DNA of 64,000 nucleotides. It comes from Rubripirellula sp. (GTDB lineage Bacteria > Planctomycetota > Planctomycetia > Pirellulales > Pirellulaceae). The stretch's first letter is position 1, and each line of letters opens with the position of its first letter. The notes under the pieces were generated by a model, which made no database searches, had not been told where the DNA came from, and saw only the letters and a list, made by a program, of their open reading frames with translations. The position numbers and the translations under genes were made by a program. Shown here piece by piece: positions 28,314 to 37,400 of the stretch. The stretch is taken from the NCBI GenBank assembly GCA_965216875.1, contig OZ244207.1, positions 4,576,001 to 4,640,000 of the forward strand, in the 5' to 3' direction.

Positions 28314-30113
28314 GTGAGTATCGTTGCATTGCACAAGATCACGCTTCTCGGGACGATCGATGAGCGGGACGACGTCGTCAACCGTCTGCAGCAACTCGGC
28401 TGCGCTCACTTGGTGGATCTCTCTGGAAACGGAGTAACGATTCCAACCACGGTGTCAAAAGAGGCCAGGCGCGCACTTCGCCTGCTCGAAACAAGCCCCG
28501 TTCGTCGCTCGCCGGTCCTCTCGACCTCCGGCTACGACCGTGATCAAGTGATCAACGATGTCCTGCAGATGCAGGGGCAACGCGAAGAACTCATCGCGGA
28601 ACGTGACCGCATCGCCACCGCGATCACAGAACTTGAACCGTGGGGCAGTTTCCACAAACCATCGCAGGAGCATCTCGGTGGCCGCGATTTCTATTTCTAC
28701 GTCGTTTCGATTGGGCAGCTCGAAAACCTCGACCGAGACTTGCTTTGGCACATCGCCGCGCGCGATGCAACCAAGGCCTATGTCCTCGTGTTGTCAAATC
28801 AGATTCCCGATGACGTTCCCGGGACGCGAGTTGAACTTGATTCTCGTCCGCTGGAAGAGTTGCGCGATATCCAAGATGCGATTTCGGCACAGCTTGATGA
28901 ACTTGATTGGAAGCGTGCTTCACTAACACGTTTTCGCAGTCGCCTCAAAAGAGACCTCGACCTTGCCGACGACTTGGCCGCACGATCGGCGGCGGCCAAA
29001 GGAGTGCTCGGCGACGATGCGGTCTTTGCCATCCAAGCGTGGGTACCCAAGACCGCAACGCCCGACGTGAAGCGGTTGGCTGCGGAGATGCAATTGGCGA
29101 TCACCATCGCCGAACCGAACGCTGACGACACACCACCCACTTTGCTCAAGAACCCAAAACGCATCGCTGGCGCGGAAGGTTGCGTCACCTTCTATATGAC
29201 ACCTGGTTATCACACGTGGGACCCGACCGCTGTTGTCTATTTTTCGCTAAGCCTATTCTTCGCGATGATTGTGTCCGACGCAGGCTACGGCGCAGTGATG
29301 CTCGGTGGGCTCGCGGTGTTGTGGAAAAGCATGGGTTCAACCCGGGCAAAGATTCGCATGCGTCACCTCCTTGCATCGATCTTTCTCGCCACGATCGCCT
29401 ACGGTGTTTTGGTCGGCAGCTACTTTGGAGTATCGCCTCCGCAAGGGAGTTTTCTCGATGCCGTACGCTTGCGCATCGATGGCGAACCGATGATGGAAAA
29501 CCGGTCAGCCATGATGTTGATTTCGGTTGCGATCGGCGTCGCTCACCTGACCCTTGCGAATGTGATATCAGCGGTCAATGCTCGAGCATCGCTACGATGG
29601 ATCGGTCACCTCGGCTGGGCCATTACGATGATCGCTGCGTTCCTATTGATTGGCGGTGAGATGATTGGCAGTAGCGCGGTGGGCATGGTGGCAAAGTGCC
29701 TCTTGCCGGTCGGAGCCGTTGCCGTGATCTTTTTCAGCAGCGATCAACCAATCGCAACATGGCACATCAAGCCTCACCTTTTGCGGCTTGTTGACGGCCT
29801 GTTCCAGATCGCCAACATCCCCAAGGCTTTTGGCGACACGCTGAGCTATCTGCGTTTGTTCGCACTGGGGTTAGCGAGCGCCCAACTCGCCACCACCTTC
29901 AACGGTCTTGGGTCCGATGCATTCGCTGCTGGCGGATTGGGTATTTTGGCTGGCCTGACGATTTTGGTTCTCGGTCACGCCATCAATTTCATGCTCGCAA
30001 TCATGGGCGGCGTCGTTCACGGTTTGCGTCTGAACTGTATCGAGTTCTTCAACTGGAGCCTGACGGATGAAGGTTATCCATTTCAACCATTTCAAAAGAA
30101 GGCAGAAACCTAA
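28314..30113 (+). CDS. ntpI: V/A-type ATP synthase subunit I (a)
   Basis: PPTLLKNP; FFAMIVSDAGYG; DTLSYLRLFALGLA; VHGLRLNCIEFF. Confidence 0.95.
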   Translation: MSIVALHKITLLGTIDERDDVVNRLQQLGCAHLVDLSGNGVTIPTTVSKEARRALRLLETSPVRRSPVLSTSGYDRDQVINDVLQMQGQREELIAERDRIATAITELEPWGSFHKPSQEHLGGRDFYFYVVSIGQLENLDRDLLWHIAARDATKAYVLVLSNQIPDDVPGTRVELDSRPLEELRDIQDAISAQLDELDWKRASLTRFRSRLKRDLDLADDLAARSAAAKGVLGDDAVFAIQAWVPKTATPDVKRLAAEMQLAITIAEPNADDTPPTLLKNPKRIAGAEGCVTFYMTPGYHTWDPTAVVYFSLSLFFAMIVSDAGYGAVMLGGLAVLWKSMGSTRAKIRMRHLLASIFLATIAYGVLVGSYFGVSPPQGSFLDAVRLRIDGEPMMENRSAMMLISVAIGVAHLTLANVISAVNARASLRWIGHLGWAITMIAAFLLIGGEMIGSSAVGMVAKCLLPVGAVAVIFFSSDQPIATWHIKPHLLRLVDGLFQIANIPKAFGDTLSYLRLFALGLASAQLATTFNGLGSDAFAAGGLGILAGLTILVLGHAINFMLAIMGGVVHGLRLNCIEFFNWSLTDEGYPFQPFQKKAET

Positions 30114-30568
30114 TGGACACCTTCATGTTGATGCTTGGCTGGGTCGGCATCTACTCGCCGACTGCTCTTGGTGCGGTTGGCAGCATCATTGGTTGTACGC
30201 GAGGCGGTCAAGCAGCGCTCGGCGCGATGATTGATGCTGAAAGTGGCTATGGTCGTTTCATCAGCCTATCGCTGCTGCCATCATCGAGTGCGATCTACGG
30301 CATCGTGATCATGTTCACGCTCAACCGCGAGGTGACCACCGAATCGGCTCCAGGATTGTGCGCGGTCGGGTTGCTGTCGGGTCTCGCGTTGGCACTTGGC
30401 GGCTACTACCAGGGTCTCTGTTGCGCATCCGCGATCAACACCATCAAGACCAAACCCGAAGTCTTCGGTCTCTCAGCTGCGCCCGCTGCAATTGTCGAAG
30501 GCTTTTGCGTCTTCGCCTTTATCTTTGCGTTGGTCATTGCTGGCGGTATCGCCGGTGCAAGCGCCTAG
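30113..30568 (+). CDS. ntpK: V/A-type ATP synthase subunit K (c), four-helix proteolipid
   Basis: 151 aa, 4 TM; LPSSSAIYG, YQG and AIVEGF with the catalytic Glu in helix 4. Confidence 0.92.
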   Translation: MDTFMLMLGWVGIYSPTALGAVGSIIGCTRGGQAALGAMIDAESGYGRFISLSLLPSSSAIYGIVIMFTLNREVTTESAPGLCAVGLLSGLALALGGYYQGLCCASAINTIKTKPEVFGLSAAPAAIVEGFCVFAFIFALVIAGGIAGASA

Positions 30569-30598
30569 TTCTCACCTCGGTCCAATGGGAGATTCACC

Positions 30599-31243
30599 AT
30601 GAGCAATGACCAACCATCGTCGTCTTCTGGCGTACAGGAGTTGATCGATCGACTTCATCAACAAGGGCTTTCCAAAGGCCAACAAGAAGCCGACACCTTG
30701 ATCGCCAAGGCTCGTGAACAGGCGGCCGCAATCCTTGACCAGGCCAAGGAAGAAGCGGACGAAATCGTCAAGTCAGCGATTCGCGAGGCTCAGCGCACTC
30801 AGGTTGCTGGCGAAGAAGCCATTCGTCTGGCAGGCCGCGACACAATCTTGCGATTGACCGAAGAGCTAAGCGACGATTTTGTTGACAAGGTCCGCGGTTT
30901 GGTGGGCCACTCGATGCGTGATCGGGACTTTCTGATGCAATTGGTGCTGACCGCAACGCATGAAGCGATCCCCGAAAACCTACGCAAAGAAGGCCATCTC
31001 AACGTGCAACTGATGGACGACGGCTTGGAGTCGCCTTCGGACCAGCAGCTCGATGACTTTGTGCGCGCACTTGGTGGCGAAGCACTTCGTGACGGCCTCA
31101 CGTTTGAGATCATCGATAGCGAAGTGCCCGGAATCCGAATTCAAGCAATCGACGAAGACCTTGAGGTCGAACTGAGTGCCGAAACGATCACTCACCTGCT
31201 TTTGAAATATTTGTCACCGCGATTTCGTGAAATCGTGGGTTAG
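30599..31243 (+). CDS. ntpE: V/A-type ATP synthase subunit E
   Basis: GVQELIDRLHQQGLSKGQQEADTLI helical N-terminus; YLSPRFREI C-terminus; operon context. Confidence 0.85.
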   Translation: MSNDQPSSSSGVQELIDRLHQQGLSKGQQEADTLIAKAREQAAAILDQAKEEADEIVKSAIREAQRTQVAGEEAIRLAGRDTILRLTEELSDDFVDKVRGLVGHSMRDRDFLMQLVLTATHEAIPENLRKEGHLNVQLMDDGLESPSDQQLDDFVRALGGEALRDGLTFEIIDSEVPGIRIQAIDEDLEVELSAETITHLLLKYLSPRFREIVG

Positions 31244-31259
31244 TGCAGGAGAACTTGTT

Positions 31260-31922
31260 TTGGCCAACGACTACTTCACATTGATTTCATCGCTGCCACA
31301 TCTGTCGGCGCATTTTGATGTCGACCGTGTTCCAATCACACGCCGCCAGCTTCTCAAACGGTTGTCGATCATCGAAGGCGATGACGCCGATGATCTCCTG
31401 CAGCTCACCGACTTTTTGTCATGGGATCGGCAAGTCACTGAAAAGACGGATGACGAAATCAATCGTGACTACGAAAGACTTTGTCGCGAAATCAAACATC
31501 CGATCGTCCGGGAAATCATGCAGGACCGGGTCAACATTCGCACGATCGTTGGTGCACTGCGGCGACGACGGCGCAACCAAGGTCCGCCCGCCGCAATCGG
31601 CCCTCTCGTTCCGACGATCCGCAAGAACTGGGGGCAAACTCAATTTGGAATCGGCCTGCGTTTTGCTTGGATCGAGCCCTTCGAGACGCTCATGGAGAGT
31701 GGCCGCGCGATCGATGCCGAACGCGTTTTGTACGAAACGATGTGGCACCGACGATGCCGAATGGCCGATCGCTACACGTTTTCGTTTGAGGCCGTTTTGT
31801 TGTACTTGACCCGATGGTCGATCATCGACCGCTGGACCAGCCGGGATGCCGAGGCAGGCCTTGAACGGTTTGACAAAATCATCGAGGAGACGTTGGGTGA
31901 ATACGCCGCGATCCAATTCTGA
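31260..31922 (+). CDS. DUF2764-family protein (V-ATPase subunit C-like)
   Basis: YFTLISSLPHL N-terminus; YTFSFEAVLLYL..WSIIDRW C-terminus; AGGAGA RBS before TTG 31260. Confidence 0.8.
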   Translation: MANDYFTLISSLPHLSAHFDVDRVPITRRQLLKRLSIIEGDDADDLLQLTDFLSWDRQVTEKTDDEINRDYERLCREIKHPIVREIMQDRVNIRTIVGALRRRRRNQGPPAAIGPLVPTIRKNWGQTQFGIGLRFAWIEPFETLMESGRAIDAERVLYETMWHRRCRMADRYTFSFEAVLLYLTRWSIIDRWTSRDAEAGLERFDKIIEETLGEYAAIQF

Positions 31923-33717
31923 GCAACCCTCCCAATCCGACACTCGCGTGATCGGCGTGACGGGGAACATCGTTTCGATCGAGTCAAAGGGACCGATCAT
32001 GAAAAACGAAGTCGGTTATGTCGATGCGCGCGGCGATCGTTTGAAATCCGAAGTGCTCCGCGTGTTTGGCCAAACCGCGGACATGCAAGTCTTCGAAGAA
32101 ACCCAAGGAGTCCAGGTGGGTGACTCCGTCGATTTGACCAAAGAGATGTTGCCAGCCGTCCTCGGTCCCGGCCTCCTTGGTACGGTGTTCGACGGTTTGC
32201 AGAACCCACTTCATCGACTCGCCGAAATCGATGGCTTCTTTCTCAAGCGTGGCCGGACAGTCGAACCGCTATCGACAAAGACCCTGTGGTCCTTTGAGGC
32301 AAAATGCAAGGTTGGCGACAAGCTCCGCGCCGGCGACGTGATCGGCACCGTGCCCGAAAGGGCGATCACGCACAAAGTCATGGTCCCTTTCTCGCTGCAA
32401 GAGGAGGTCACCGTCACTTGGGTCTCCAGTGGCAATCACACTCTTGATCAAGTTGTCATGCGTTGTCGTGACACGCGGGGACGTGACCACGCATTCACCA
32501 TGATGCAAACTTGGCCGGTACGTCGGCCGCTGCCAGCTCGGTTACTGAAACAACGGTTCTCTCAACGCGAGTTTCCGACGCAACGCTTGACCACAACGAT
32601 TCGTTTGATCGACACGTTCTTTCCCATCGCTCGAGGCGGAACGGCATGTATCCCCGGTCCCTTCGGCGCCGGCAAGACGGTGCTGCAAGGCTTGATCGCT
32701 CGCTACTCCGCCGTCGACATCGTGATTGTCGTTGCGTGTGGCGAGCGGGCCGGAGAAGTCCTTGAAACGGTCACCGAGTTTTCCGAAATGGCTGACCCTC
32801 AAGGCAGCGGCAAATTGATCGACCGCACGATCATCATTTGCAACACTTCATCGATGCCGGTCGCCGCACGCGAAGCCTCGATCTACATGGGCATCACGCT
32901 CGGCGAATACTATCGGCAAATGGGCCTCAACGTTTTGTTGATTGCTGACTCGACGTCCCGATGGGCTCAGGCGATGCGAGAAACCTCGGGTCGTCTCGAA
33001 GAGATCCCAGGGGAAGAAGCCTTTCCTGCCTATCTCGATTCGTCGATCAAAGGCGTTTACGAACGCGCGGGGGTGGTCCGCACCAATGACAATTCGGTCG
33101 GCAGCTTGACCATGATCGGCACCGTTTCGCCAGCAGGGGGTAACTTCGAGGAACCGGTGACCCAATCAACCTTGGGCGCCGTCAAATGCTTCCTCGGCTT
33201 GTCGTCCGATCGTGCTTACAAACGTTTCTATCCGGCCATCGACCCGTTGCTCTCGTGGTCACGTTACCTCCAGCAGCTGAAACCTCAACTGGATGCAGAA
33301 CTGGAACCTGGCTGGACCGATGCAGTGCAAGAAATGACCGAGATGATGCATCGCGGTGACGCCGTCAACCAAATGATGCAGGTCACCGGCGAAGAAGGCG
33401 TCTCAATGGAAGACTTCATCGAATTCCAAAGGGCAACCTTTGTTGACATGGTGTTCTTGCAACAAGACGCGTTCGATTCGGTCGATGTCTCGATGCCGAT
33501 TGAACGCCAGAAAGAATCGTTCCAACTCATCCGCAAGCTGATTCTTCGTGACTACCCGTTCACCACCAAAGAAGACGTGCGCAACTTTTTCACACGACTG
33601 ACGGGGCTCTACAAGAATCTCAATTACGCCGAGTGGAACTCGCCCCAGCACAAATCACTGCTCGAGCAGATCCACCAACTCCAGCGAACGGCTGATGCGG
33701 GACAAGTCGCGGGCTAA
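31897..33717 (+). CDS. ntpA: V/A-type ATP synthase subunit A (catalytic)
   Basis: P-loop IPGPFGAGKT; ACGERAGE; CNTSSMPVAAREASIY; DSTSRWAQAMRE; SPAGGNFEEPVTQ; GAGGAG RBS before GTG 31897. Confidence 0.96.
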   Translation: MNTPRSNSEQPSQSDTRVIGVTGNIVSIESKGPIMKNEVGYVDARGDRLKSEVLRVFGQTADMQVFEETQGVQVGDSVDLTKEMLPAVLGPGLLGTVFDGLQNPLHRLAEIDGFFLKRGRTVEPLSTKTLWSFEAKCKVGDKLRAGDVIGTVPERAITHKVMVPFSLQEEVTVTWVSSGNHTLDQVVMRCRDTRGRDHAFTMMQTWPVRRPLPARLLKQRFSQREFPTQRLTTTIRLIDTFFPIARGGTACIPGPFGAGKTVLQGLIARYSAVDIVIVVACGERAGEVLETVTEFSEMADPQGSGKLIDRTIIICNTSSMPVAAREASIYMGITLGEYYRQMGLNVLLIADSTSRWAQAMRETSGRLEEIPGEEAFPAYLDSSIKGVYERAGVVRTNDNSVGSLTMIGTVSPAGGNFEEPVTQSTLGAVKCFLGLSSDRAYKRFYPAIDPLLSWSRYLQQLKPQLDAELEPGWTDAVQEMTEMMHRGDAVNQMMQVTGEEGVSMEDFIEFQRATFVDMVFLQQDAFDSVDVSMPIERQKESFQLIRKLILRDYPFTTKEDVRNFFTRLTGLYKNLNYAEWNSPQHKSLLEQIHQLQRTADAGQVAG

Positions 33718-33747
33718 TTGACTGTGACAGCAGTTTGGGAAGTGCCC

Positions 33748-33860
33748 GTGAGCCGCTGGCCGTCAGGCCCTTGCCGACGAGCAGCTATGGTAAAGGCGCT
33801 CAAAGCCCGGCCGCTTACGCGATCACGGCTCACAGGTGAGCGGCAAGACGCTAGCCGCCT
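33748..33860. repeat. GTGAGCC-family REP-like cluster
   Basis: GTGAGCCGCTGGCCGTCAGGCC; AAGCCCGGCCGCTTACGCGATCACGGCTCAC; related copies near 57093, 59380 and 62241. Confidence 0.75.
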
Positions 33861-34020
33861 GTTCTGTTCTTTGCCACCGAATTCACCGAGTACGAATACG
33901 AGAGATTGGTTCTCGACATCACAACGAGTTTCTTACTCAGTGCTCTCTGTGTGTGGCTTACTCAGCTCAATTGCAGCGTCCGCCGCACGGCAGAACCTGG
34001 GTTCTCAACCCTTAAGTTGC

Positions 34021-34347
34021 TTACCAACCGTAGTAGTAATCGTAGTGCGAATAGACGACAGGTCGGCCAATCGAAATGGAAACCGAGGGGACGACCACGG
34101 GTCGGTAGGTGCGATAGGTCGGAACAACGATTGAAGGCCGGTGATAGTAACCGACAACTGGACGATGCGAGTGGTAAACCACGGGTCGGTGCACTCGGTG
34201 ATAGTGCGAGTGGTAGACCACTGGCCGGTGCGAGTGATAAACGCGGGAGTATCGCCGATGGAGTCCCCATCCAGCATCCGCGGTGTCCGTGCCGATCCAG
34301 CAGGTTGCGCCCAGCAGCGCCGTCATCAAAAAGATTCGCGAAAACAT
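34021..34347 (-). CDS. Small secreted His/Tyr/Arg/Val-rich repeat protein (108 aa)
   Basis: AAAGGTGA RBS; signal peptide ending TADA-G; repeats of HRPVVYHSH. Confidence 0.75.
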   Translation of the reverse strand: MFSRIFLMTALLGATCWIGTDTADAGWGLHRRYSRVYHSHRPVVYHSHYHRVHRPVVYHSHRPVVGYYHRPSIVVPTYRTYRPVVVPSVSISIGRPVVYSHYDYYYGW

Positions 34348-34480
34348 CGAATCACCTTTTGTAGGTTCGTTTGTTGAAGGTTCAAAACGTGGCACCAGAC
34401 CTGCGCGATTGTAGCGGCCACAACGAGGATGACCAGTCATAAAACAACGCGTTTTCGAGCCCTGCAATCCGCGTGATTTC

Positions 34481-37400
34481 CTAGCCCTGCCATGTGGCGA
34501 GCGTTCGGGCATAGTTGCGAAGCTTGTCTTTGTTCTTTTCAAGCGCCATCAGGCCGGCCAAAAGGAGTACGCCGGTCGTGATGCCAAACACCCACCAGGG
34601 CCAATACGCATCGATTGAACGCTGCGCGTGCCAGACCATGCTGGTCACTCCCATAAAAACAAAGGTCGCACCTAGGTAAAGGAATGGGCGGACTCGCAGA
34701 AGTACTCCAGCGAGCATTCCAGCAAGCGCCAACAGAATCAAAATGATCGGGCCATAGATGGTTGATCCGATTTCTTGCAGCAACATGTCCGCCGTGCTGC
34801 TGACATAGATCACCAGTGTCGACGCGTAGCGAATGGCCGAGGACGTGACCCGATCCAAGCGATCGCGATAGAGGTGCGCGACGACCAAGACGCATACAGC
34901 CGGTGGAATCAACCAAGCTTGCGGATGTACGAGGAAATGCCAATTGTCGTGTTGCGCCAACACCACCCACAGCGCAGCGTTGCCCAAGACAATCGCGGCA
35001 ATGCGTGGAACGACCTGCTTCCACATCACCGACAAACCGAGGTAGTAGATTGCGCCTGCAGCCAACAACCAGTCGTATTTGATGACGCCGCCAGTAAAGG
35101 CCCAAGAGTACTCGCCGAAGGACGGGCTCAACCAGAAACCGACCACGGGAATCAGCGGCAAGTAAAACGCGGTGTGTCGAAGCGTTTCGGACAAGACGCG
35201 ATCACCGCGTCGTTTTGCCCAATCAGTGATGCCGACGCTCACAAACGCGAGTCCCATCACGATGAATGGCCAGTAGCTTCGCAGCCCAACAAACGCCCAG
35301 TTCGTTTTGCAAAGAAAGATGTGCAACCACGTTAGTCCACCAATCGCTTGGGCTGCCAAGATCAATCCACGCCGCTGGCCGTCACTGAGTTGCAACCAAG
35401 CAACGCCGCGGTCTTTTGCAGACACGATCGCGATCAATCCCGCAATTGCGGCCAGTCCGCCGAGGGTGATCGCGACGCCAATCACCATTGGACGTGAAAT
35501 GCCCGCGATCCCTTCTGGAGTTCGCACAATCGCTTCGGTCACAAACATCACGACCAAAGAGCCAACGGTTGTGGCGGCGGCGACAAAGGAACCGCGGCGA
35601 AGGGCAGGGTACCAATCGGTTGCAATTCGCTCGCCAAACAGACGCGGTACAGCAAACAGCAGAGTCGGAATCAACACGACCGATGCCACCAACCATTGCA
35701 TCGACGCTGTGAGAATTGGATGAGCCGAATCGACGGCATCCACACTCGCCAAGAGGCCCACGGCGACCAAGCCAGTCGAAATCGCTGCGTGACGCAGAAC
35801 CGAATGGTTTGACTGCTGGGCCAATTCGACCATTGCAATGGCGACCATGCCCACGGCGATCGTCGTCAGTTGACATACGCGTGCATCGACACCCGCGGCG
35901 ATCATGCCAATACAAACAACCGCGGCGAAGCCACCCACCAATGTGGAAACGACGACATGCGAAGTGTTGAGCTGGCTCGCTCGCACTCGCGTCATCGTGG
36001 GCAACACCGAACGACAAGCGGCGACCGCGTAGCCGACAGCTGGCAGCAGGTAGGCAACCAGGGCAACGGCAAACCCGGACGAGAGGGCTGCGACCATGAA
36101 ACGTTGATGAGTTGGCAACGCGTAACGGGTTGCGACATACACAGCCCCAAGAGCCGTCGCCGCGGTGATCAAACCGCAGGATGCCATCCAAACCACTTTG
36201 CGACTGGCCCGGGTCACCGTAGACGCTGCGACGGCGACGTAACACGCGACGCGTGTCCACAGCAAAGTGCCCGGTGTCACCGCTCCATCCCATGCAGTGA
36301 TGAAGTAGTACGTCTCGACGACGGCTGCCGAGAGCATTAAATAGGAAAACTCGACGTCGGCAAGCGAAATCGCCGTGCCCTTCCATTTCCAGCTCCGGTC
36401 GGGTGTCAGCATTCGCCAACCGATCACCCAACCACAAATCCAACCAATCCCGATGGTCCACTTCACCGGCCATGGATGCCCGCTACCAAACGTGTCAATC
36501 ACAAAAAGACCAAGCACAATCGTTGCCCAACAAAGCACGCGAGCGGCAACCTGTTTGTCGATCGCTGCCGATCGGTCTTGGGCGACGCAAACCGCGAGCA
36601 AGCCTGCGCACACGACCCCAACCATTCCGATCCAGGGCATCCAAACCACCGAACTCAGCCAAGACGCGCCGATCGCGATCGACATGATCGAAATCGACAG
36701 GATCGCTGCATGCCAGAAATCAAAGCTGGCTGCTTTCAAGCGATAGCGAACCAGCGAAGCGACAACGGCAGCCGCCCAAATTGCAACGAGGGTTTCGGCG
36801 GCCTGGGACGCAGGAATCCAGCCTGCCAGGAAAGCCAGCCATGCCGCTTGCCCTGCCAAGACCGTCAAAACGAACGGCCAGCTTGCGATTGCCCATCTAC
36901 CTTGAAGCGGAAGCAGCAAGACCAATGCCGCGGCAACGGAGATAGCAACACTTGCTGGCCCAAAGGCAAAGTTAAAGATTGCGAGGTCAAACAAGATGCG
37001 GATCGTCACCATTGACGCCGAGATCAACCCAACCGCAATCGCTGCTGACGCGGAAGAGAGCATTGCATGCGTGAATGCCGACAACCAATCTCTCTTTCGA
37101 CCAAGGGTGTACACCACTGCGGACCAAACCAAGGCAGCGATGGCTGCAGATTGAATCCACATCATCGGAGTCGAAAGGGTCAGCGCGGGGACGGCGATAA
37201 AGGTCGCTGACGGAACGAGCGCCGCGGCTGCAAGAGCAGCGTTGGAGCTGCCTTTTTTCGCCGCGAACCAGCACAGGCCGCCGGCCGCAGTTGCCCACCA
37301 TCCGACCACTGCAAACGTCGCGAATCGGTTGGCGATTTCACCTGCGACCACGTGATCGAGCCAGCCCTCGGCCAACACCACCACCGAGGATACAACGATG

